Below, piece by piece: positions 42,205-50,788 of a stretch of 64,000 nt of DNA. This stretch comes from Vicinamibacteria bacterium (GTDB lineage: Bacteria > Acidobacteriota > Vicinamibacteria > Marinacidobacterales > Marinacidobacteraceae). Position 1 is the stretch's first letter. Every line of letters starts with the position of its first letter. A program made the position numbers and the translations under genes. The notes beneath the pieces were generated by a model that did no database searches, was not told the DNA's origin, and saw only the letters and a list, made by a program, of their open reading frames with translations. Where the stretch lies: positions 224,001-288,000 of the forward strand of contig OY821641.1 of the NCBI GenBank assembly GCA_963555995.3. Reading direction: 5' to 3'.

Positions 42205-44480
42205 GCCGGCGGCCGGGAGCGCGCGCCGCGTCTGGCCGCGGTCTTCCGGGAAGCCGCCTTCTTGCCTTTCTTCGCCGGCCTCGGCTGGATGTAGCGGCAC
42301 TTCGGGAAACCGCTGCAGCCGACGAAGGGGCCGCGCCGGCTCTGGCGCTGGACGAGCTGTTTTCCGCACTCCGGACACTGGCCCTCGACCGGCACCGGCG
42401 CCGGCCGGGCGACCGGTCGGCCGTTCCGGACCTGGATGATCTTGGTGCACTCGGGGTACCGCGTACAGCCGAGGAAGGCCCCGAATCGGCCCCGCTTCTC
42501 GGACATCGGCGCGCCGCATTCCGGGCAGACCGGGGCCTCTTCATCGCTCGTCTCGTCGCCCGAGTCACCCAGGGAACGGCTTCCCCGGCACTCCGGGAAC
42601 CCCTCGCAACCGAGGAACTTCTCGCCCCCCGACCAGCGAAGAACGAGCGGACGCCCGCAGCGCTCGCACGGCTCGGCCGTCGGCAGTCCCTTGATCCGCG
42701 GCATCTCGACGACGGCCTTGTCGAGGTCGAGCGAGAAATCCGCGTAGAACGCCGCCAGCGTGCCCTCGAAACCGGCCTCGCCCTGTTCGATCCGGTCGAG
42801 GTTCTCCTCCATGTCCGCCGTGTAGCGGACGTTGAAGAGGTTGTCGAAGCTCCCCGCCAGCAGGTCGCTCACCAGCATCCCCACCTCGGTGGGAACGAAG
42901 ACCCGCGCTTTCGTCCGGACGTACTCGCGGTCCTTGATCTTGCGGAGGATCGGCACGTAGGTGCTGGGCCTTCCGATTCCGTTCGCTTCCAGCTTGCGGA
43001 TCAGGCTCGCCTCGCTGTACCGCTTCGGGGGAGCGGTGAAGTGCTGGACGGGCAGGACCGCCTTGAGGGCGAGCGGCTGGCCGGCCTTGAGCGGAGGGAT
43101 GACGGTCTTCCTGTCGGAGTCGGCGGACGGCCCCGCGTCTTCGGCCGCCTCGCGATAGAGGACCCGGTACCCGCGTTCGGCCAGCACCGAGCCGCTCGCC
43201 GTCAAACGCTCGGGCGCCTTGCCGAAGCCGGGAATCTCGGGGGCTTCGTCCCCGCCGGGGTGTTCCGCGAGGATCGTGGCCCGGGTGTCGCGCCAGACGG
43301 CCGGGGTCATCTGGGAAGCGATGAACCGCTCCCAGATCATGCGGTACAGCTTCCGCTGGTCCTCGTTGAGGAAGGCCGCGACCTGGTCGGGAGTCCGCTC
43401 GACGGAGGTCGGTCGGATCGCCTCGTGGGCGTCCTGCGCCCCCTTCAACTTGCGGAAATAGTTGGGCCGCTCGGGCAGGAAGTCGTCGCCGAACCGCTTG
43501 CCGATGAACTTCCGCACCTCCCCGAGCGCCTCCTTCGAGACCCGGGTGGAGTCGGTCCTCAGATAGGTGATCAACCCGACGCGGTCTCCGGCGCCGAGGT
43601 CCACCCCCTCGTAGAGCCCCTGCGCGGCGCGCATGGTCCGCGCGGCCGGGAAGCGGAACAGGGAGGCCGCCTGCCGCTGCATGGTGCTGGTGATGAAGGG
43701 CGGCGGAGCCTTCTCCTGGCGGTCCTTCGACTCGATGTCGGCCACCCGGTAGCGGCACGTCTCCAGCCAGCGCTGGATTTCCCGCGCGGTGGCCTCGTCG
43801 CGCGCCGCCGGCTCCCGCGGGAGGCTCTTCGGGACCTCGGCGGTCGCCCGCAGCGACGCGCCATCGCCCGTCAGCAGCAGGGCGTCAATCGTCCAGTACT
43901 CCTCGACGTTGAAGGCCCGAATCTCGCGTTCGCGCGCGCAGATCAGGCGGAGCGCCACCGATTGCACGCGCCCGGCCGAGAGGCGCGGCGCGACCTTCCG
44001 GGAAAGGAGCGGCGAGATCTTGTAGCCGACGATCCGGTCCAGCACGCGCCGCGTCTGCTGGGCCTTGACCTTGTTCCCATCGACTTCGGACGCGCTCTCG
44101 AGCGCGCGCCGCACCGCCGGCGGGGTGATCTCGTGGAAGGTGATCCGCTGGATCGGAACCCGGCGGCCGCGCGGCAGCGCGCCGAGGAACTCCTCCGCGA
44201 GGTCGTGGCTGATCGCTTCTCCCTCCCGGTCCGGGTCGGTCGCCAGGTAGATGTGGGAGGCTTTCTTCGCCGCCCGCTTCAGGCTCTCGAGGATCTTGGC
44301 CCGGTCGGGAACCACCTCGAACTGTGGACGAAAGCCGTTGGCGATGTCGACCGAGAGGCCGCGCTGCGGCAGGTCCCGGACGTGTCCTCCCGAGGCCATG
44401 ACCCGGTAGGAGCCGCCCAGAAACCGCTCGATGGTCTTGGCCTTGGCGGCGGATTCGACGACGACGAGTGTGTTTCCCAT
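42201..44480 (-). CDS. topA: DNA topoisomerase I with C-terminal zinc ribbons
   Basis: LVVVESAAKAKTI, ATDPDREGE, SAGRVQS, ITYLRTDS, QDAHEAIRPT, GIGRPSTY, three CxxC ribbons. Confidence 0.97.
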   Translation of the reverse strand: MGNTLVVVESAAKAKTIERFLGGSYRVMASGGHVRDLPQRGLSVDIANGFRPQFEVVPDRAKILESLKRAAKKASHIYLATDPDREGEAISHDLAEEFLGALPRGRRVPIQRITFHEITPPAVRRALESASEVDGNKVKAQQTRRVLDRIVGYKISPLLSRKVAPRLSAGRVQSVALRLICAREREIRAFNVEEYWTIDALLLTGDGASLRATAEVPKSLPREPAARDEATAREIQRWLETCRYRVADIESKDRQEKAPPPFITSTMQRQAASLFRFPAARTMRAAQGLYEGVDLGAGDRVGLITYLRTDSTRVSKEALGEVRKFIGKRFGDDFLPERPNYFRKLKGAQDAHEAIRPTSVERTPDQVAAFLNEDQRKLYRMIWERFIASQMTPAVWRDTRATILAEHPGGDEAPEIPGFGKAPERLTASGSVLAERGYRVLYREAAEDAGPSADSDRKTVIPPLKAGQPLALKAVLPVQHFTAPPKRYSEASLIRKLEANGIGRPSTYVPILRKIKDREYVRTKARVFVPTEVGMLVSDLLAGSFDNLFNVRYTADMEENLDRIEQGEAGFEGTLAAFYADFSLDLDKAVVEMPRIKGLPTAEPCERCGRPLVLRWSGGEKFLGCEGFPECRGSRSLGDSGDETSDEEAPVCPECGAPMSEKRGRFGAFLGCTRYPECTKIIQVRNGRPVARPAPVPVEGQCPECGKQLVQRQSRRGPFVGCSGFPKCRYIQPRPAKKGKKAASRKTAARRGARSRPPA

Positions 44481-44501
44481 GACGTGCCATCAGTGTAACG
44501 A

Positions 44502-45623
44502 TCAGTCCTCGGCCTTCAGGAAACCCCCGGGAAACCGGCGCACCAGCCCCCGCCGTTCCAGCTCCGAGATCGCGGCCAGCGCCACCGGCACGGGGAGGCC
44601 GGCGGCGCCGAGGAGGGTGTCCAGATCCATCCCCGACGGATGTTGCCTCAGCACATCCAGCAGACGGGCTGCTTCGGGGCCCGGTCGCGGGGAAGCGCCG
44701 TCCGGTTCCCGGCTGACGGCGTCGCCCGAGTCCGCACCCGTTCCGGCGGAGCCGGACGGGAGCCCCAGTTCTTCCAGGATGTCGGCGACTCCCGTGACCA
44801 GGGTGGCGCCGAGCCGGATCAGCCCGTGGCACCCCGCGCTCGTTTCCGACCCGATGGGGCCCGGGACGGCGAAGACCTCGCGTCCGGAGTCCACCGCGTG
44901 GCGGGCCGTCGCGAGGGAGCCGCTCCGTGGGGCCGCCTCCACCACCAGCGTTCCCAGCGTGAGGCCGGCGATGATCCGGTTCCGGCGCGGGAAGTGATGC
45001 GGGAGGGGACGCGTTCCGGGGGGGAATTCGGTCAGCACGGCCCCCGACGCGCGGCAGGCCCGCGCCAGGTCGTGATGCTCCGGGGGATACAGCGAGTCGT
45101 GGGCGGAGCCGAGCACGGCGACGGTCCTGCCCCCGGCCTCGAGGGCCGCCCGGTGAGCCGCCGCATCCACGCCCCGGGCGAGGCCGCTCACCACCACGAG
45201 CCCCGCCTCGGCCAGCCCGGCCGCGAGTCGTTCCGCGACCGCGATTCCATAGGGGGTCGCTCTCCGGGAGCCGACCACCGCGACCCCCGGCGCCGCGAGG
45301 TCGGCATCGCCCGCCACCTCGAGCGCGATTGGAGGAACGGCGATTTCGGCGAGCCGGGGCGGAAACCCGGCTTGTCCCAGAAACAGCAGCCGGCGTCCGG
45401 CGGCGGTGGCCGTGTCGCGCCAGCGGCGCGCCGCTTCGAGTTGCCCGGCCGGCAACGCGCCGAACCGCTGCCGAAACGTGGAAACGGCGGCTTCGAGACG
45501 GCCGCTCTCGAAGCAGCGGGCGCGCTCCACGGGCCGGGGCCGTTCGGCAAGGGCGATCGCGAGCGCCGCCTCTTCAAGACGGGCCGGAGACTGCTCTCCG
45601 GATGGCGTGGGACGGTTCGTCAT
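44502..45623 (-). CDS. dprA: DNA-processing protein DprA
   Basis: VAVVGSRRATPYG, VVSGLARGVD, FPRRNRIIAGL, VVEAAPRSGSL. Confidence 0.95.
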   Translation of the reverse strand: MTNRPTPSGEQSPARLEEAALAIALAERPRPVERARCFESGRLEAAVSTFRQRFGALPAGQLEAARRWRDTATAAGRRLLFLGQAGFPPRLAEIAVPPIALEVAGDADLAAPGVAVVGSRRATPYGIAVAERLAAGLAEAGLVVVSGLARGVDAAAHRAALEAGGRTVAVLGSAHDSLYPPEHHDLARACRASGAVLTEFPPGTRPLPHHFPRRNRIIAGLTLGTLVVEAAPRSGSLATARHAVDSGREVFAVPGPIGSETSAGCHGLIRLGATLVTGVADILEELGLPSGSAGTGADSGDAVSREPDGASPRPGPEAARLLDVLRQHPSGMDLDTLLGAAGLPVPVALAAISELERRGLVRRFPGGFLKAED

Positions 45624-45827
45624 GGATGTTCTCCCCGAGGCCGGTTCCGCCGCTCCGGAGATCGGAACCGGTCGAAAACCCCTCAGGAGCTATAGACGTA
45701 ATTCGCGCCGTTTTTTTCTCACCCCGATGGGGTTTCCCCCTACCGCCCGGCACGCGCTACTATCGGAGACCGCCCGGATTCGCGTCCGGAGCCTTCGCCA
45801 GGGCGATCCGCCCGGGACCCAGCGACA

Positions 45828-45843
45828 TGGCCTGTTCATTGCA
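45828..45843 (+). promoter_or_regulatory. Putative sigma-54 (-24/-12) promoter
   Basis: TGGCCTGTTCATTGCA: GG(45829-30)-N10-GC(45841-42) with TTGCA, close to TGGCAC-N5-TTGC; predicted start about 45854, 3 nt before ATG 45857. Confidence 0.55.
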
Positions 45844-45856
45844 TTCACGACTCCCG

Positions 45857-46282
45857 ATGCACCGGCTGCCCGCGCCCTTCCGCAGCGCCGGGTTGCTCCT
45901 CGCCGCGACCTTGCTGATCGGAGGAACGGCGGCAGCCCAGCCCGCCGCGTCGCCCGATGCGTCCGCATCCGCTGGCGGCGAGCGATCGGGTCAGGAGAAC
46001 TCCTTCGGAGTGGAGGTGGCGAGCAAGGGCCTCTGGAAGGAGGCGGCCTACCGCTGGGAGAAGGCCGTGGAACTCGATCCCCAGAACCCGAAGGCCCACA
46101 ACAACCTCGGGGTCGCCTACGAGCGCTCCGGCAAGTTCGAGGAAGCACTCGATGCCTACGAGACGGCGCTTGAACTGATGCCCAGCAATGAACAGATCCG
46201 CCAGAACTACGAGCTGTTCCGCGAGGCCTACGAGCGGAAGAAGCGGAAGGACCGCGACGCCGCCCGCTCCCGGAGACGCTGA
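45857..46282 (+). CDS. Small secreted TPR protein
   Basis: Signal peptide; WEKAVELDPQNPKAHNNLGVAYE TPR motif. Confidence 0.85.
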   Translation: MHRLPAPFRSAGLLLAATLLIGGTAAAQPAASPDASASAGGERSGQENSFGVEVASKGLWKEAAYRWEKAVELDPQNPKAHNNLGVAYERSGKFEEALDAYETALELMPSNEQIRQNYELFREAYERKKRKDRDAARSRRR

Positions 46283-46285
46283 CCA

Positions 46286-47089
46286 GTGGGTCTTCTTCGC
46301 GCTCGCCGGCTCGTCTCGGGGATCGGGCTCTCGCTGCTCGGCTTCACCGGCTGCGCGGCCGGGCCCTATGTCGAGGTGCCCATCGAGATTCCGATCGACG
46401 CCAAGCTGGACCTTTCGGAGTACGGGCGAGTGCTCGTCGGCAGCTTCGTCAGCCAGACCAACGAGAACCTGGATCTCGACTCGGAGACCTCGCGGCTGCT
46501 CAGGAACCAGTTGCGCCTGAACTCGCGGCTGGCGGTGATCGAGGCGGAGGTCGAGCCGCTCGGGGACTTTTCCGACGCGGCGCTCGAAGCCAGCGGGCTT
46601 GCCGAGCAGTTCGACGACATGGCGGCCGAGGCGGTTGCGATCGGCGACGGAGAGATCTCCCGGCAGGAGTGGATTGACCTGGAGCAGGACAAGCTGCTCG
46701 AGGACGAGGAGTACTGGCGGCAGTTGGGCGAAGAGTTCGAGGAGCCGCTCATCATCAGCGGTCGGCTCCGCTTCGCGGCCGAGGAACGCTCCGGATTCTC
46801 CCGCCGCGACCGTTACGTCCGCGACAGCTTCAACCGGCCGCGGCTGGTGCGCAGCACCCAGTTCCAGGAGCGGAGCGCCTACACCCTGACCGCGGAGTTC
46901 TATTTCATTGACGGCGCGAGCGGCCGGACCATCCACCGTGAGCGCTTCACCGAGGAGGTCATCTTCGGACGGGACGAGGAGAGTTCGGCGCTCTCCTCCT
47001 ACTTCGAACTGATGGACCGCATCCTCCCGAATTTCCTGAGCGTGGTGACGCCGCAGACGTTCCGAGGCACCCGAATCCTGTTGCGTTGA
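46286..47089 (+). CDS. Putative lipoprotein of unknown function
   Basis: LSLLGFTGC lipobox-like signal; operonic between the TPR and Omp85 genes. Confidence 0.75.
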   Translation: MGLLRARRLVSGIGLSLLGFTGCAAGPYVEVPIEIPIDAKLDLSEYGRVLVGSFVSQTNENLDLDSETSRLLRNQLRLNSRLAVIEAEVEPLGDFSDAALEASGLAEQFDDMAAEAVAIGDGEISRQEWIDLEQDKLLEDEEYWRQLGEEFEEPLIISGRLRFAAEERSGFSRRDRYVRDSFNRPRLVRSTQFQERSAYTLTAEFYFIDGASGRTIHRERFTEEVIFGRDEESSALSSYFELMDRILPNFLSVVTPQTFRGTRILLR

Positions 47090-47121
47090 TCGGCTCCCAG
47101 GCAGTTGAAAGGAGAAGGCTC

Positions 47122-50100
47122 GTGACTCGCGACTCTTCGACATCCGGAACCCGGGTCCGGGCGCCGTTCGTTCTCGCCGTCCTGCTGGCAGCGCTCGGCA
47201 CGGCGGCCGTGGCTCCGGCGCAGTACTTCATCCCGTTCTACGGGAAGAACAAGGTCAAGTACGACAAGCACGACTGGCAGGTGTACCGGTCTCCGCACTT
47301 CGACGTCTACTACTACCCCGAGATGGAGGAGGAACTGGGGCGGCTGGTGAGCTACGCCGAGAGCGCCTACGAGACGCTGTCGGACGAACTGAAGCACGAG
47401 ATCCCGTTCGCCATTCCGCTGATCCTCTACAAGACGTTCTCCGAGTTCGCGCAGACGAACCTCTCGCCGTCGGAGATACCGGAGGGCGTGGGAGCGTTCG
47501 CGGAGTCCGCGCGCGACCGAATGGTCATCCCCATTGACAACCCCCCGGACGAACTCCAGGAGCTCTTCCTCCACGAGCTCACCCACATCTTCGAGTTCGA
47601 CATCATTCCCCGGTCGCTCTTCCGGCAGACGGTGCCGCTCTGGATTGACGAGGGGCTCGCCACCTACATGGAGAAGGAGTGGGACCCGCTCGACCTGATG
47701 GTGATTCGCGACGCGGCGGTCGCCGACCAGATTCCCACCTTCCAGGATCTCAACCAGCGCTTCGCGCGCGCGCCGTATTCCTTCGGGGCGTCCATCTTCA
47801 ACTTCATGGAGGAGCGTTTCGGGAAGGAAGGGGTCCGCCAGTTCGTGTTCTCGCTGCGCCGGGCGGTCACCGGCGGGGTCAGCGAGGAAGTGTTCGAGCA
47901 GGCCTTCCGGATGCCTTCCGAAGAGTTCTACCGCGAGTACAAGCGCTGGATGAAGGAGCGATTCAAGCCTTTCCGGGACAAGGAGATCCCGGAGGACTAC
48001 AGCGTGGACCTGTCACCGCGGGAGGGACGCTACGTCGGGGCGATCTCCGCGGCGCAGTCCCCCTCGGGCGAGGTCATCGCGGTCCTGGCCGGGAACCGCC
48101 GCGAGTCGGAGTACGACGTGGTGCTGCTGTCGGCGCGGGACGGCGAGGTCATCCGCAACCTGACCCCGGGATACGCCGGCGAGTTCATCAACGTGGTCGG
48201 GCTCACGGGTGAGGACCAGCTCATCGGGAGGAACCTGAGCTGGACGCCGGACGGGTCGCGGGTGGCGTTCTTCGGCCGCTTCCAGAAACGCCGGGCGCTG
48301 CTGTTCGCCGACGTGGTGGACTCGAGGATCGTCCAGCGGATCGAGATGCCGCTCGACCGGGCGAAGTTCCCGCACGTCGGGCCGGACGGTCAGTGGGTCT
48401 ATTTCACCGCGCTCAACAACGCGATCTCCGATGTGTACCGGGTGAACATCGCCACCGAGGAGATCGAGAACATGACCCGGGACGACTTCCACGACAAGTT
48501 CCCGACGGTCAGCCCGGACGGCGAATGGATCTACTACAGCCGGCGGATCAGCGGTTACGACAAGCTCTACCGCCTGCGGATCGCCACCGGCGAGAAGGAA
48601 CAGGTCACCTTCGGGACCTTCAACGACGTGGCCCCGATCTTCGCCCCCAACGGCCGCGACCTCATCTATTCCTCGAACGAGGACGACGGGATCTTCAACA
48701 TCCGGTCGCTGGACACCGAGACCGGCGACATCCTCCAGTACACCGATGTCCTCGGCGGAAACTTCGCGCCCAGCGTCATCAGGGATCCCGAGACCGAGCA
48801 GGAGACGCTGCTCTTCACGAGCTATTACAAGGGCAACTGGGGGTTGCACACGCTCGGCATGGACGAGCCGGTGAAGGAGATCTTCGCCGACACCATCGTC
48901 CGGACCCCGGGGCCGGTCATTGACTTCGTCCCCACCGTGAACCACCAGGTCCTCAGCGAGAACAAGCGCGAGAAGGGACGCTTCGAGAAACTGTTCCTCG
49001 ACGGGCCGCCCCCGATCACGGCCGGGTTCACCAGCGACTTCGATTTCCTAGGCGGCACCGCGATCTCGCTTTCCGACGTGCTCGGTGACGACCGGCTCTC
49101 GTTCACCGCCTACTCGGTCCGTTCCTACCGCATCTACAACGCCCAGTACGCCAACCTGTCGGGACGGTTCCAGTACGCCCTCGAGGCGCACGACCAGACC
49201 TCCTTCTTCTACCCGGGGCTTCCCTACTACCTCACGAACTTCTGGTCGCGCGCGGACAGCATCGGCACGATCCGCTCCTCGGGGGCCTCGGCGCGGGCGC
49301 TCTACCCGCTGAGCCGTTTCCGGCGGTTCGAGATGGGGATCGGCTACGACTACCAGAAGGCCGGTTTCGAGAACATCTACCTCCAGCCGGGCGAGGACCC
49401 CCTCTTCCCCCAGCAGTTCGTTGATCAGTACAACGACTTCTACACCCGGATCTTCCCGACCGGCCACGTTCTGCCGGCGCGCTTCGCCTTCGTCCAGGAC
49501 ACGATCCGGTTCCGCCAGTTGGGCCCGGCGGTGTTCCCGCAGGCCGGCAGCACGGTGTATGCAGGACTCGAGTGGTCCCCGGGCGGACCGTTCCTTTCGA
49601 GGGCCACCTTCAACCTCGATGCCCGGAAGTACTTCCAGGTCACGACCTCCAGCGTGCTGGCGGCGCGGCTCAAGTGGATGCACAGCTCCGGCGACGCGCC
49701 GGCGTTCTTCTGGTTCGGGGGAATGGGCGAACTGCGCGGCTACGACCTCTATTCCTTCGTGGGCAACCGCGGCGGCCACGCCACCGTCGAGTTCCGCTTC
49801 CCGATCATTGACGCGGCCATCACCCCCCTGGGGCTGATCGGCCCGTTCCGCGGCAGCGTGTTCGTGGATGCCGGAGGGGCCGCCTACGACGGCGAGGAGT
49901 TGAACATCTACTCCTCCGAGCGCCGGGAGTCACGGCTCGGCCGGCTCTGCGGTCCACGCCAGAACGTGGTCTGCGTGTCGGAAGGGGGCGGCCTCGACGA
50001 CTTCGTGGCCTCCTACGGATTCAACGCCCGCGTCTACTTCCTCGGGCTGCCGCTCAACTTCGCCTGGTCGAAGCGCACCGACTTCGCCACGACCCTGGAA

Positions 50101-50139
50101 GGCTGGAAGTTCGACTTCTGGATGGGCTGGCCGTTCTGA
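47122..50139 (+). CDS. Omp85/BamA-TamA family protein with N-terminal zinc metallopeptidase and PD40 beta-propeller
   Basis: AAAGGAG RBS before GTG 47122; HELTH and WIDEGLA gluzincin motifs; WTPDG/SPDG repeats; ELRGY and FVDAG barrel motifs; C-terminal WPF. Confidence 0.85.
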   Translation: MTRDSSTSGTRVRAPFVLAVLLAALGTAAVAPAQYFIPFYGKNKVKYDKHDWQVYRSPHFDVYYYPEMEEELGRLVSYAESAYETLSDELKHEIPFAIPLILYKTFSEFAQTNLSPSEIPEGVGAFAESARDRMVIPIDNPPDELQELFLHELTHIFEFDIIPRSLFRQTVPLWIDEGLATYMEKEWDPLDLMVIRDAAVADQIPTFQDLNQRFARAPYSFGASIFNFMEERFGKEGVRQFVFSLRRAVTGGVSEEVFEQAFRMPSEEFYREYKRWMKERFKPFRDKEIPEDYSVDLSPREGRYVGAISAAQSPSGEVIAVLAGNRRESEYDVVLLSARDGEVIRNLTPGYAGEFINVVGLTGEDQLIGRNLSWTPDGSRVAFFGRFQKRRALLFADVVDSRIVQRIEMPLDRAKFPHVGPDGQWVYFTALNNAISDVYRVNIATEEIENMTRDDFHDKFPTVSPDGEWIYYSRRISGYDKLYRLRIATGEKEQVTFGTFNDVAPIFAPNGRDLIYSSNEDDGIFNIRSLDTETGDILQYTDVLGGNFAPSVIRDPETEQETLLFTSYYKGNWGLHTLGMDEPVKEIFADTIVRTPGPVIDFVPTVNHQVLSENKREKGRFEKLFLDGPPPITAGFTSDFDFLGGTAISLSDVLGDDRLSFTAYSVRSYRIYNAQYANLSGRFQYALEAHDQTSFFYPGLPYYLTNFWSRADSIGTIRSSGASARALYPLSRFRRFEMGIGYDYQKAGFENIYLQPGEDPLFPQQFVDQYNDFYTRIFPTGHVLPARFAFVQDTIRFRQLGPAVFPQAGSTVYAGLEWSPGGPFLSRATFNLDARKYFQVTTSSVLAARLKWMHSSGDAPAFFWFGGMGELRGYDLYSFVGNRGGHATVEFRFPIIDAAITPLGLIGPFRGSVFVDAGGAAYDGEELNIYSSERRESRLGRLCGPRQNVVCVSEGGGLDDFVASYGFNARVYFLGLPLNFAWSKRTDFATTLEGWKFDFWMGWPF

Positions 50140-50255
50140 CGTTGAGCGGTTGACAAGGCGCGCGAGGGAGGAATACCGGGTGTATTCCGACCGAAGCGCA
50201 ACGATGAGCGAGCCGTAGGCGAGCGGTTCAGCGGGGATTCTGACGTTGAGCGGTT
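50134..50255. repeat. Armless core of the family-2 element bracketed by an 18-bp direct repeat
   Basis: TTCTGACGTTGAGCGGTT at 50134-50151 and 50238-50255 flanks GACAAGGCGCGCGAGGGAGGAATACCGGGTGTATTCCGACCGAA... Confidence 0.85.
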
Positions 50256-50330
50256 TGGGAACGGGCTCCCCAGCCCATTGACGTGTCGAAAGGCAAGAGA
50301 GAAGGGCTGGGGAGCCCGTTCCCAAACCGC
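50250..50330. repeat. Perfect 27-bp inverted repeat
   Basis: GCGGTTTGGGAACGGGCTCCCCAGCCC (50250-50276) and its exact reverse complement (50304-50330). Confidence 0.9.
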
Positions 50331-50465
50331 CCGGCGCTTCGCGCCGCGAACCGCAACTTCCTCGCGCGCTGGCGCGCACTTCGGCGAGTTCCGGTTCGTC
50401 GTTACTTTTTGTGAAAGGGGGTGACCCCGGGGTAACCCCCCTTCACACTTTCCCCCGAAACCGCC

Positions 50466-50498
50466 GGCAGCGAACCCGAGGTTCGCTGCCATTTTTTT
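50466..50498 (+). terminator. Rho-independent terminator candidate
   Basis: GGCAGCGAACC-CGA-GGTTCGCTGCC stem followed by ATTTTTTT. Confidence 0.7.
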
Positions 50499-50527
50499 GT
50501 CTTTCGCTCGTTCAGGTGAGACAACGG

Positions 50528-50788
50528 CTTGGAACGCCGGCTTCAGCCGGCACAGCCCGTCGAAGGCGGGCGGCGGCACGGACCTCTTTCGCCGCGATGG
50601 CTCGGCTGCGCGCGCCATGCACCCGGGGTAGCGATGACCGCCCGCGGCCCTGCGGGCCGCAGTGCCGGCTGAAGCCGGCGTTCCAGGCCGGCAGCGCCAT
50701 CACGGCGCCTGGCCGAGCCGCGGGACTGCATCTACACGGCAGACCCCGCTGACGGCGCGCCCGCGATGCCGGCAGAGGCCGGCGCTCC
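50528..50788. repeat. Three family-1 REP-like palindromes
   Basis: 50528-50553 direct; 50662-50686 inverted; variant 50765-50788 inside the RND 3' end. Confidence 0.88.

Noticed and set aside
39952-42294. 780-aa PncB fusion protein
   Set aside because: The extension is the antisense of xerC, produced by a single-base frameshift; the true tail is in the other frame.
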